Shown: in pieces, positions 50,414 to 58,625 of the stretch
Position numbering within the stretch: the stretch's first letter is position 1
Layout: each line of letters starts with the position of its first letter
DNA from: an uncultured Candidatus Saccharibacteria bacterium
GTDB taxonomy: Bacteria > Patescibacteriota > Minisyncoccia > Phycocordibacterales > UBA2100
Direction: 5' to 3'
Assembly (NCBI GenBank): GCA_964399865.1
Contig: CAYNRJ010000001.1
Coordinates: 138,050 to 202,049 of the forward strand
Length of the DNA stretch: 64,000 bases
Position numbers and translations under genes: made by a program
The notes under the pieces: model-generated
Told to the model about the DNA's origin: nothing
Databases searched by the model: none
The model's input: only the letters and a program-made list of their open reading frames with translations

Positions 50414-51001
50414 TTATTTGCCGACTGCAAGAGAAGCTGCGTTGACCATAGCGATGAGCTCGGTCTGAGTCGTTGGCATATTCTTAATTTCTATCTTTCC
50501 AACAACCTGCATCTTAATGTTCTTACAGACTCCGAGAACAACAGCTGGGTTAAGATCTTTCTTTCCAACCTGAACGGTATCGTTCTTGTCGAAGAGGATG
50601 TCCAACTGCTGCACTTTACGAGGATGCATTGAGTCCGCGACAACACGATAGCCAACAAGATGTTCAACCATCGAGAGTCCACAGTTACCCTTAGAAGCAT
50701 TCTCATCGAAGACGAACTGAATGACCGTACCGAATGGAAGTTCCTCTTTAAGGTCGACGGAACGAGCGACGATCATGTCAGGGTTCGAATACGCACCACT
50801 AGCGGTCGTAAACGGGTCGCTATCTGTCTGCTCTGGAACGGCGTTGTAACCGGTGAGAGAAACAGAGTATGAAGCTATAGAAGCCTTCTCCTCTATACGG
50901 ATCTCGGAAACGGTCTCAGTCTGGGCAAAATCCACAGTAGGCTGAGGAGCACCCGATAAAAGAAAGATGGCCATGAGGGCCGTACTTATTGTTGTTTGCA
51001 T
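50414..51001 (-). CDS. Secreted 3D-domain (MltA-like DPBB) protein.
   Basis: Signal peptide. The segment TGYNAVPEQTDSDPFTTASGA...LPFGTVIQF...VADSMHPRKVQQLDILFD carries the three-Asp signature of the 3D domain. Confidence 0.6.
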   Translation of the reverse strand: MQTTISTALMAIFLLSGAPQPTVDFAQTETVSEIRIEEKASIASYSVSLTGYNAVPEQTDSDPFTTASGAYSNPDMIVARSVDLKEELPFGTVIQFVFDENASKGNCGLSMVEHLVGYRVVADSMHPRKVQQLDILFDKNDTVQVGKKDLNPAVVLGVCKNIKMQVVGKIEIKNMPTTQTELIAMVNAASLAVGK

Positions 51002-51141
51002 TATGTGCAGGGAGTTATTCCCTACCCATACATATTAGCACACTCAGCACCCCTTGTCAATCCCTATTATGGCTCTGTTGAGCCATATTTTTGCTTTATA
51101 GCTTGACTCTAGGCAAGGCTCCAGACATAAAAAGCCCTGGC

Positions 51142-52416
51142 TCAAGTCCCCTCCTGCCAGCTAGAAAGGTACTTTTTCTGATCCGCAGTGAGCTTATCTA
51201 TAGATAGACCCATTGAAGCAAGCTTGAGGGAGGCGACCGTCTGCTCGATTTCATCCGAGACATCATAGACACCTGCGGATAGATTCTTTGTCTTGGTGAG
51301 CCACTCGGCTGCGAGCGCCTGAGTAGCAAAACTCATATCCATGACACTCGATGGATGCCCCTCCGCTGCCGCAAGGTTTACAAGACGCCCTTCAGCAAGA
51401 AGGTACACTCGTTTCTTTCCCATAACGTATTCTTGGACGTTTTCGCGGACGAGAGTCGGCTTACCCTTAGCAAGCTTTTGGAGATCCTTCACATTTACCT
51501 CAACATCGAAATGTCCTGCATTACAGACGAATGCCCCGTCCTTCATTTGTTTGAAATGTTCACCACGAATGACGCTCACGTCCCCTGTTACCGTGCAAAA
51601 TAGATCACCAAGGGGGGCTGCCTCCTCCATTGGCATAACGCGGAACCCATCCATTGCAGCTTCGAGTGCCTTCACGGGATCAACTTCCGTCACGATAACG
51701 GAAGCGCCCATGCCACGTGCTCGCATGGCAAGTCCCTTTCCGCACCAACCATATCCCGCGATGACAAAGGTCCTGCCGGCGACCAACATGTCTGTCGCGC
51801 GGATGATCGCCTCAAGTGTCGATTGTCCGGTACCATATCGATTATCAAACATGTTCTTCGTCTTCGCGTCATTCACTGCAACAACGGGGATCTTAAGAGC
51901 GCCGTCACGAGCCATCGCGCGAAGACGAATGACTCCTGTTGTCGTCTCTTCAGTACTTCCCACAAGATTCTTTAAAATTTCCGGATAGTCTTGGTGGATT
52001 GTTGAAATGAGATCGGCGCCATCGTCCATCGTAAGATGCGGCTTTGTTTCTATGACTTGGGTGATGTGTTTAAAAAATGTGTCTCGATCCTCCCCTGAGA
52101 TTGCAAACACAGGAATTCCGTATTCTTCACTAAGCCCTGCCGCGGCTTCGTCTTGAGATGAAAGCGGATTTGACGCTGAAAGAACAACATCTGCGCCGCC
52201 TTCTTTCAGGGTAATCATCAGGTTTGCGGTTTCTACCGTCACGTGGAGACACGCGCCGACACGCATACCTTTAAATGGCTTCTCTTTTTTAAAGCGCTCT
52301 CGAATTTTCAAAAGGACCGGCATGTCCTTTGCTGCCCATTCAATAAGATTCTTCCCCTCCGCGGCGAGCTTTGGGTCTTTAATGTCTGATTTCATTTGTA
52401 TGAGCTTAGCATTCAA
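51142..52416 (-). CDS. ahcY: Adenosylhomocysteinase.
   Basis: 424 aa with NAD-binding GYGWCGKG and conserved SAHH motifs throughout. Confidence 0.9.
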   Translation of the reverse strand: MNAKLIQMKSDIKDPKLAAEGKNLIEWAAKDMPVLLKIRERFKKEKPFKGMRVGACLHVTVETANLMITLKEGGADVVLSASNPLSSQDEAAAGLSEEYGIPVFAISGEDRDTFFKHITQVIETKPHLTMDDGADLISTIHQDYPEILKNLVGSTEETTTGVIRLRAMARDGALKIPVVAVNDAKTKNMFDNRYGTGQSTLEAIIRATDMLVAGRTFVIAGYGWCGKGLAMRARGMGASVIVTEVDPVKALEAAMDGFRVMPMEEAAPLGDLFCTVTGDVSVIRGEHFKQMKDGAFVCNAGHFDVEVNVKDLQKLAKGKPTLVRENVQEYVMGKKRVYLLAEGRLVNLAAAEGHPSSVMDMSFATQALAAEWLTKTKNLSAGVYDVSDEIEQTVASLKLASMGLSIDKLTADQKKYLSSWQEGT

Positions 52417-52438
52417 ATGCGGTAGTGTAAAAAGATAT

Positions 52439-52467
52439 TTGACCTGACCGTGATTTCATTGTATTTT
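52439..52467 (+). promoter_or_regulatory. Putative sigma70-type promoter for the 52499 gene.
   Basis: TTGACC-17 nt-TATTTT, followed by SD CAGGAGG 6 nt before the ATG at 52499. Confidence 0.4.
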
Positions 52468-52498
52468 ACTCATCAACGCGAACTACAGGAGGTTCACC

Positions 52499-52915
52499 AT
52501 GATTCGCGCTATTCGGGCGGCATTCGCCGCCTCTGCTCTTCTTTTCGTCATCGTTCCGGCGTCGGCCCAACAGCCGGCTGTCGAAGCGGAACTGGTCACA
52601 ATGCAGGATCCCTTCGATCCAATGGCCGACACGGTACACTTTGATGATCTGGATCGTCAGATCCGGGCAGTAACCGATACCCTTTGCGTCGCTACCGCCC
52701 ATACGATGGGCGAAATGCGTCGCGAAGTAGACTGTCGGATCGCCTTCATCCACGTCCTGATCAACGTGGTAGGGACCCGCGTCGCAGTCGCGATTGCTCA
52801 ACTCGCCGTGATGGACGGCGACCCGGCTGCGGTGGAGCTGGCGGGGGCTGCGAGCGACAGCTACACGAAGCTTGGCGAGCTCATTCGTTCAACTATCGCC
52901 ACATACGCTCGCTAG
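52499..52915 (+). CDS. Hypothetical secreted protein (GC-rich, about 60% GC).
   Basis: Signal peptide (MIRAIRAAFAASALLFVIVPASAQQ). 138 aa. Strong SD. A terminator follows. Composition unlike the host. Confidence 0.45.
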   Translation: MIRAIRAAFAASALLFVIVPASAQQPAVEAELVTMQDPFDPMADTVHFDDLDRQIRAVTDTLCVATAHTMGEMRREVDCRIAFIHVLINVVGTRVAVAIAQLAVMDGDPAAVELAGAASDSYTKLGELIRSTIATYAR

Positions 52916-52948
52916 CCCAAGCGCCCTCGCCTGGCTCTCTCGAGCCCC

Positions 52949-52990
52949 GACCCGGACTGTTCACGCAGTCCGGGTCATCGTTTTATATAA
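52949..52990 (+). terminator. Rho-independent terminator.
   Basis: Stem GACCCGGACTG-ttcacg-CAGTCCGGGTC followed by ATCGTTTTATATAAATTT. Confidence 0.6.
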
Positions 52991-53549
52991 ATTTCTTGTG
53001 ATAGATGCTGAATAAAATTGCTCCGCACGCGAGAATCAAATACACAGGAAATGCGAGTGACACGAATGTGAACGTCTCAATCACAAAAAACGACGAGAGA
53101 GCACTTACGATCGCTGCTGCGTACCCCGTCCAATACTCTGTTTCCGGAAATCTCCACGCTTTAATGACGGTTGGTACTGTTGCGACCCCATCGCTCAGTA
53201 TTGCAAACAGAATCGCTGTCGCAGCATTCTCTGTCATCCACCACAGAAGAAGGGCGAGCAATGAGAAGGCGCCACATACATAGTCGAACCTTCCAAGCTT
53301 CCAATATGCGTTCTTATTAAAGAATGTCGCGATAAAGGCGCTCGCGGGAATTAACCCTGATACCAATATAGTGAGCGACGCCCATCCCACCCCTTCGGAC
53401 AGAGCAGCGGCAAATGCAATGAGCGGGGCAAGCCCCCACATAAAAAAGGTTACCCGATTCGGCTTCGTGAGCCCTTTGGCGGTGCGCCAAATATAAACCG
53501 AAGAGCCAGCTACGTTTACGAGCGCTCCGAGAACAACTATCCACACCAT
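52983..53549 (-). CDS. Hypothetical integral membrane protein (about 6 TM).
   Basis: 188 aa, strongly hydrophobic throughout. No family recognised. Confidence 0.4.
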   Translation of the reverse strand: MVWIVVLGALVNVAGSSVYIWRTAKGLTKPNRVTFFMWGLAPLIAFAAALSEGVGWASLTILVSGLIPASAFIATFFNKNAYWKLGRFDYVCGAFSLLALLLWWMTENAATAILFAILSDGVATVPTVIKAWRFPETEYWTGYAAAIVSALSSFFVIETFTFVSLAFPVYLILACGAILFSIYHKKFI

Positions 53550-53550
53550 A

Positions 53551-54507
53551 TTATTTCAACGGACAATCTTCTCCGTATGTTTCCTTATATCTGATTGCTA
53601 GCTCCTCACGTGTAAAGCGATGATTTTGAGTTCCGTATTTTTCTACTGCATAGACGGAAACGATGCTCCCTAGACGAGCGCACTGATGAACAGGGAGCGC
53701 GTGTAAAAAGCCCGCAATAAATCCTGCGCGATACGCATCCCCCGCTCCAGTCGGGTCTACTACTTCTTTCGCAGGCGCCGCTAACACTTCGTCTACCTTT
53801 CCTTCGGTGAGAATACGAGTTCCCTTTTCACCGTATGTAATGATTATGGCGGGGACTTTTGTAAGGAGCTCTTGCTCGTCCCAACCTGTCTTTTCCATAA
53901 GAAGGCCGATCTCGTAGTCATTTCCAAAAAGAACGGTAGCGCCAGTTATTCCGTTTTTCAAATCTTCCGCTCCTAAAGTGGGTATTTGCTGAGCTGGGTC
54001 ATAAAAATACGACACTCCATGAGATCGATAATGCTCGGGAAGGACCTGCATATCTCTTGGACAACCTGCACCGATATGTGCGCAGACGATCCCCTCTGTA
54101 AGTGGTAGTGGTTCATACGGCGTATTTCCTGCTCCGAAAGAAAATGCAGCTATCTGGTTATCCGCTTTATCGGTCATGATGAAGGCCGATGACGTAAGAT
54201 TTTTCAGATCGACATGAACTGACGCTGGATCAATGTTGAGAGATTTAAAATGCGCTTTATAACGCTCGAAATCCGAGCCAGCTGTAGAAATTATTTTTGG
54301 CTCTATACCAAGAAGTGCGAGATTGTATCCGATGTTTCCTGCTGTTCCTCCAAAATTCTCCGCGAACCCTTCCACCGCAAAACTGACGTTTATATTGTGA
54401 AGCTTGTCGGGGAGAAAACTATCTTTAAACAAACCTGGGAAATCCATTATGCGGTCGTACGCAACGGAGCCAGAAATGAGAACTTGTGACATGGGCAAAG
54501 TATACAA
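53551..54507 (-). CDS. PfkB-family carbohydrate/nucleoside kinase, possibly adenosine kinase.
   Basis: Ribokinase-like fold with the C-terminal GAGDA motif (DPTGAGDAYRAGF). The adenosine kinase guess rests only on adjacency to ahcY. Confidence 0.7.
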   Translation of the reverse strand: MYTLPMSQVLISGSVAYDRIMDFPGLFKDSFLPDKLHNINVSFAVEGFAENFGGTAGNIGYNLALLGIEPKIISTAGSDFERYKAHFKSLNIDPASVHVDLKNLTSSAFIMTDKADNQIAAFSFGAGNTPYEPLPLTEGIVCAHIGAGCPRDMQVLPEHYRSHGVSYFYDPAQQIPTLGAEDLKNGITGATVLFGNDYEIGLLMEKTGWDEQELLTKVPAIIITYGEKGTRILTEGKVDEVLAAPAKEVVDPTGAGDAYRAGFIAGFLHALPVHQCARLGSIVSVYAVEKYGTQNHRFTREELAIRYKETYGEDCPLK

Positions 54508-54559
54508 CCCCCTTATTCTTTAGTGAAAGAAAGGGATTGAATACCGCTTCACGATGGGA

Positions 54560-55336
54560 TTACTCCACCTTCTCAATAGTTGTGGCACTGATGATGCCGT
54601 CGATATCGTACTTTTGAATACTGCTCATATTCTGGACTGGTGTGACGACGCCAGTAACACGAACCTTTGTGCCCATTGGGAAATCCACTGGATACGTTGC
54701 CATAAGAGCAGTGTCGACCGCGTAGTGGCCATCGCTTTGGTCGACTGCAATGCCGAATGCACATTCCATAGTGTGGGGACCGTTCTTATCTTTAGGAGGT
54801 AAACATTCCCAAAACCCGACGATCGATTGGCGTGTAGGAAGCGTGCTGTAACTACCCTTTTCCATTTTTACAATGCGCCACTCTCCATCGCGCTTTTCGA
54901 GAGAAAGCGTGATCGGATATACGGCTGCTGCCGTCGTACTTCCCGACACGTCATTTGCTACTTCAATGACATTAGCTTCCACGACAAAATTACCGTCTAC
55001 GGGACGAACTTCTACGATATCAATTCTGTCCGGCCAAGGACTTGAACTGTGCCTTCCAAGTGCTACTTCACCCTCCGGATACCACTTCGTCAAAAGTTCC
55101 GGCGCGACATACGCTCCATATGCGGCATCCATGGCTGCCTTTCGTTCTTCACCAGAGGCTAGAAGTGTGACCAGCTGTAGCTTTTTGCCGAATTCATTTA
55201 CCAAGCTACGCACCTCGGTCTCATCTGCATTTGAAGTTGAAGTTACTGGCTCGTTGTTGATGACTTGTCCTAAAAAGAAAAAAGCTAGAACTACTAGTGC
55301 AATAACTCCGAGTAAACTGGGCAACAATTTATTCAT
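54560..55336 (-). CDS. Hypothetical membrane-anchored or exported protein.
   Basis: 258 aa with an N-terminal TM/signal (MNKLLPSLLGVIALVVLAFFFLG). No domain recognised. Confidence 0.4.
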   Translation of the reverse strand: MNKLLPSLLGVIALVVLAFFFLGQVINNEPVTSTSNADETEVRSLVNEFGKKLQLVTLLASGEERKAAMDAAYGAYVAPELLTKWYPEGEVALGRHSSSPWPDRIDIVEVRPVDGNFVVEANVIEVANDVSGSTTAAAVYPITLSLEKRDGEWRIVKMEKGSYSTLPTRQSIVGFWECLPPKDKNGPHTMECAFGIAVDQSDGHYAVDTALMATYPVDFPMGTKVRVTGVVTPVQNMSSIQKYDIDGIISATTIEKVE

Positions 55337-55413
55337 ATTCTCAATATACCAGATGACGTTCGCCCAGAGTTCTTATTACATGACAAACGGGCATCTCCGT
55401 TGTGGAAGCTGAA

Positions 55414-55950
55414 TTATTTGCGTTTAACTTCAAAAACAAAGCGATATGAACTTTCAGGGATTTCTTCTCCTGCTATTGGCGCTGGAGTCACCTCTTTAAG
55501 AGTCACAAAAAAATCACCGAACGTGTGCGGTTTTCCTAGCACAAAGACATGTTCACCGTGAGCAACTTGGGTAGCGAGAGCAGCTCTCACTTCTACAGTG
55601 CCTGCCCATATACATTGAACGTCTGCTGGACAACGACTATCTGAAACGATCTCACGTGGACTTACGGTCACATTCAGCCCGGTCGCATTGCCACCGAGAT
55701 ATGTGGTGAGGATTGCAGAAGTGGCGTCTGGAGACGGACATGCAATGAATTCGCACTTTGGACCCGTGCGTCCAACAGATGAACCGTCGGGACAAATTTT
55801 TGCATCCCCATTGCATTCCCATGATTCTGTCGATGTTGCGCCTGAACCATTCGCGACCGGTGTCTTATTCTGTGCACCTGAGGCAAGCGCGAACCATACC
55901 GCCGCCCCTACCGCAACGATGACTCCTATTGAAATGCCGGTCTTTATCAT
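55414..55950 (-). CDS. Hypothetical membrane-anchored Cys-containing protein.
   Basis: Start taken at the internal MIKTGISIGVIVAVGAAV (TM anchor). An extracytoplasmic domain with 8 Cys. Confidence 0.35.
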   Translation of the reverse strand: MIKTGISIGVIVAVGAAVWFALASGAQNKTPVANGSGATSTESWECNGDAKICPDGSSVGRTGPKCEFIACPSPDATSAILTTYLGGNATGLNVTVSPREIVSDSRCPADVQCIWAGTVEVRAALATQVAHGEHVFVLGKPHTFGDFFVTLKEVTPAPIAGEEIPESSYRFVFEVKRK

Positions 55951-56014
55951 ATTGATCTCATTATAGAAGACGTAACGAGAACATTTATATTTCCGACGTA
56001 TAACTTTCTGCAAT

Positions 56015-57325
56015 TTACGTTACCTCCCCCAGCATTGGAAGCCCGAGGCGACGACGACCATGTTCGCCACGGAATAGAGTCTCCTGCCTTGAGGTCGTTT
56101 CCCCTCTTTCTCCGGCATGCGCAAGATGTGTCATCGCTTCGAAACTAGATCCGAGAAAGACAGCGTGCTTACCGTATTTTGCAGATAATTCATCCACACT
56201 TTCAAAAATACGTTTTAATCCTTCTGTTTTTAAGGTAGCTCCGAAGAGATCTAGTTGTGCAGAGCCCGCGTCCCCTAACTTTAAGAGCGTGATCCCCGTA
56301 GTCCGATACAAAACTCCCGGGCGATACACCTTTGGAAAATATTCTGATACAACACGGAGAATATCCTGTGGAACATTGGTTGCGTGCGACAGCTTGATCT
56401 CAAAGCCGTGATACCGAAAATCTTGTGTCTTCAAGAAGAAAAAGATCTCTGGAGAAGAGAGCTCCCAACGCCGCGCTTTGATACATGCGTTTTCAATATT
56501 CTTTGAAAGCTGGGAAAAGATAAATTCTTTGTCACGCGATGGAGGTGTAAATGTGCGTGTTTTTTGGATCGATTTGTATGTGGTTTTATACTCGGTCGTT
56601 AACTCAAGAGCGACTTCCCCGTTCAACTCCCTCCAGAGCTCTACAAAAGGTTTTGAGACTGTCTTTTTTATCCACTCCTCGCCTTTATCAGCAAACTCAA
56701 GCGCTGTTCTTACATTAAATTTCTCAAGATACGCTGCAGTGTTAGGGCCGATGCCCCAAATATTCCCGGCGGGAGTGCGAGCGAGATATGGACGGACGTC
56801 TTTAAGAGGGATCACCGTGAGACCATTCGGTTTTTTCCATTTTGAGCCAAGCTTTGCAAGAACTTTCGTCGCAGAGAGCCCGAGACTAAACGTCATTCCG
56901 AGCTCGGTTTCAAGATCGCGCTTGATAGCACGCGCCATGTCGGGGTAGGTCATGCGAAGAGTGCGCCTTAGACCTGTGAGATCAGCAAAGCATTCGTCCA
57001 CGGAGTACTCTTCTACTGTCGGTGTGTAGCGACGGACTATTTTATACATGCGCTCGGAGAAAAGGCTGTAGGTTTCGTAATCAGATGGGAGGATTACCGC
57101 ATCAGGCACAAGCTTCCGCGCTTCCGAAAGTATCATCCCCCGCGTTACACCTCGAGCCTTTACGTCGTAGGTCATTGCAGAAACTATTCCGCGCTCTTTC
57201 CCCGTTATGACCGGCTTCCCTTTTAATCTTGGGTCTTTCGCTATTTCACAGGACGCGAAGAAAGAGTCGCCGTCCACGTGCAAAATGGCGCGTGGAAAAG
57301 AAAGAGGTGTTCCCCATGCTGCCAT
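56015..57325 (-). CDS. dinB: Y-family DNA polymerase (DinB/Pol IV-like).
   Basis: ILHVDGDSFFASCE catalytic motif. Palm, finger, thumb and little-finger regions. 436 aa. A 2-nt gap separates it from lexA upstream. Confidence 0.85.
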   Translation of the reverse strand: MAAWGTPLSFPRAILHVDGDSFFASCEIAKDPRLKGKPVITGKERGIVSAMTYDVKARGVTRGMILSEARKLVPDAVILPSDYETYSLFSERMYKIVRRYTPTVEEYSVDECFADLTGLRRTLRMTYPDMARAIKRDLETELGMTFSLGLSATKVLAKLGSKWKKPNGLTVIPLKDVRPYLARTPAGNIWGIGPNTAAYLEKFNVRTALEFADKGEEWIKKTVSKPFVELWRELNGEVALELTTEYKTTYKSIQKTRTFTPPSRDKEFIFSQLSKNIENACIKARRWELSSPEIFFFLKTQDFRYHGFEIKLSHATNVPQDILRVVSEYFPKVYRPGVLYRTTGITLLKLGDAGSAQLDLFGATLKTEGLKRIFESVDELSAKYGKHAVFLGSSFEAMTHLAHAGERGETTSRQETLFRGEHGRRRLGLPMLGEVT

Positions 57326-57327
57326 AC

Positions 57328-57906
57328 CTAATATTTCCTTACGACGGCTATGACGACCGCTTCGACGCGGAATGAGTCTGTGGGATATATCGGTTTATAT
57401 TTTTTATTCGCTGGCTCTAGGAAATATTTTTCTCCGTTTTTTCGCAGATATTTCATCGTATATTCGTTGTCGATGCTCGCAACGACGATTTGCCCCGGCT
57501 TATACGTAGCGCGGCGCTCGACGATGACCATGTCTCCAGGATGGATCCCCGCGTCTATCATTGAATCCCCTTTCACTTTCAGTATGTAACTCGATTCTTT
57601 GTTCGGGGTAAGGTACTCATCGAAATTCATCACGTCCAAAAGCTCTTCTTCAGCGGCCGAAGGAAAGCCCGCTTCAACGACTCCGAGAAGGCGCGTGCCC
57701 TGCTCCTGCACGAGACCGTTCAAACTTCTAGGAATGAGTCTTCCGTTCTTATCTTTCTCTGCAATGCCCGCTTGTATCATTTTTTCTACGAAATAATGGA
57801 CGGCGTTTTTACTCTTATACCCTACGAGCTTCATTATCTCGCTATAACTCGGCATTCGGCGATGCTTTTTGTAAAAGGAAATGACTTTTTCTTGTCGCTG
57901 ATCCAT
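57328..57906 (-). CDS. lexA: LexA repressor (S24 peptidase).
   Basis: N-terminal wHTH and a C-terminal S24 domain with Ser (GDSM) and Lys. Start assigned to the ATG at 57906 (MDQRQEKV...). The track ORF start is a TTG at 57942, which would run through the predicted operator. Confidence 0.85.
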   Translation of the reverse strand: MDQRQEKVISFYKKHRRMPSYSEIMKLVGYKSKNAVHYFVEKMIQAGIAEKDKNGRLIPRSLNGLVQEQGTRLLGVVEAGFPSAAEEELLDVMNFDEYLTPNKESSYILKVKGDSMIDAGIHPGDMVIVERRATYKPGQIVVASIDNEYTMKYLRKNGEKYFLEPANKKYKPIYPTDSFRVEAVVIAVVRKY

Positions 57907-57920
57907 ACATGCAAGTGTAT

Positions 57921-57934
57921 GGAACGTTCGTTCC
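57921..57934. promoter_or_regulatory. Putative LexA operator (Cheo-box-like GAAC-N4-GTTC).
   Basis: GGAACGTTCGTTCC lies 15 nt upstream of the proposed lexA ATG. Confidence 0.5.
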
Positions 57935-58100
57935 AATGTCAATTAGAGACAGTGGATATGGCGACCTTTTCATCACTTCATAGGGAATCGCCTCACAACT
58001 TTTTCGCTTCGCCCAGTCCGGCCGTTCGATTTGCCTCCCAGGCATCATATAGGCGTCTATGAAAACACTCCGGACAAGCCGGAGTATTTTCCTAAACGCA

Positions 58101-58172
58101 TGACCCCACGGGGAATCGAACCCCGATTACCGCCTTGAGAAGGCGATGTCCTAACCGTTAGACGATGGGGCC
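58101..58172 (-). tRNA. tRNA-Glu (anticodon CUC).
   Basis: The reverse complement reads GGCCCCATCGTCTAACGGTTAGGACATCGCCTTCTCAAGGCGGTAATCGGGGTTCGATTCCCCGTGGGGTCA. A 7-bp acceptor stem, T-loop GGTTCGATTCC and anticodon loop TTCTCAA. No encoded CCA. Confidence 0.85.
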
Positions 58173-58234
58173 TTCGTGACAAAATGTAGCATACCAAAAC
58201 CCGAAACGGAATTGGTGCGTAGCCCTATATTGCA

Positions 58235-58269
58235 CATACTCTCACATTCTTAAGAATTAGAGAATGTTT
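58235..58269. repeat. 35-36 bp direct repeat, copy 1 (overlaps the ArsR-family gene stop codon).
   Basis: CATACTCTCACATTCTTAAGAATTAGAGAATGTTT, nearly identical to copy 2 (58546-58581). Contains the palindrome ATTCTTAAGAAT. Confidence 0.55.
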
Positions 58270-58540
58270 CTATGAACGCAGAAAATGTGCGGCCGTATGG
58301 CGTAAGTTTATGTTCAACCGATCGCCCCGCGTATGTCTTCTCAATCAGCCCCGCGAGCGCCAGGCGACGAACATGCTCAGAGATTGTTTTCATGTTCCCT
58401 CTTACATCCTCCACGATATCGACTAGCGTTATACCCGGCCGCTTCGATATCAGGAGGAGAATTTGAATCCGACGATGATTTGCGACACCCTTGAAGTGAC
58501 GCTCGAGCTTTTTTGGACCCTTTATCTTCTTTTCACTCAT
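58250..58540 (-). CDS. ArsR/SmtB-family winged-helix transcriptional regulator.
   Basis: 96 aa with an HTH (NHRRIQILLLISKRPGITLVDIVEDVRGNMKTISEHVRRLALAGLIEK). No metal-binding ELCVC motif. Confidence 0.7.
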   Translation of the reverse strand: MSEKKIKGPKKLERHFKGVANHRRIQILLLISKRPGITLVDIVEDVRGNMKTISEHVRRLALAGLIEKTYAGRSVEHKLTPYGRTFSAFIETFSNS

Positions 58541-58545
58541 TCCAC

Positions 58546-58581
58546 CATACTCTCACATTCTTAAGAATATGAGAATGTTTT
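58546..58581. repeat. 35-36 bp direct repeat, copy 2 (immediately upstream of the ArsR-family start). Likely operator/promoter.
   Basis: CATACTCTCACATTCTTAAGAATATGAGAATGTTTT. An inverted-repeat core TCTCA-N14-TGAGA. Confidence 0.55.
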
Positions 58582-58625
58582 TACTGTGAATGAGATCCCA
58601 TGCGGGTTATCGGCTAGAGCGAGAC

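Noticed and set aside
57943-58100. Additional LexA boxes or a T-box or riboswitch upstream of the aaRS genes.
   Set aside because: All aaRS upstream regions are under 100 nt, too short for T-box leaders. No further GAAC-N4-GTTC motif was found in the intergenic regions I scanned by eye. A computational scan would be needed to be sure.
58272-58466. Plus-strand 64-aa ORF antisense to the ArsR-family gene.
   Set aside because: It is entirely antisense to a gene with a clear HTH domain, and its apparent start simply sits in the repeat. Spurious.
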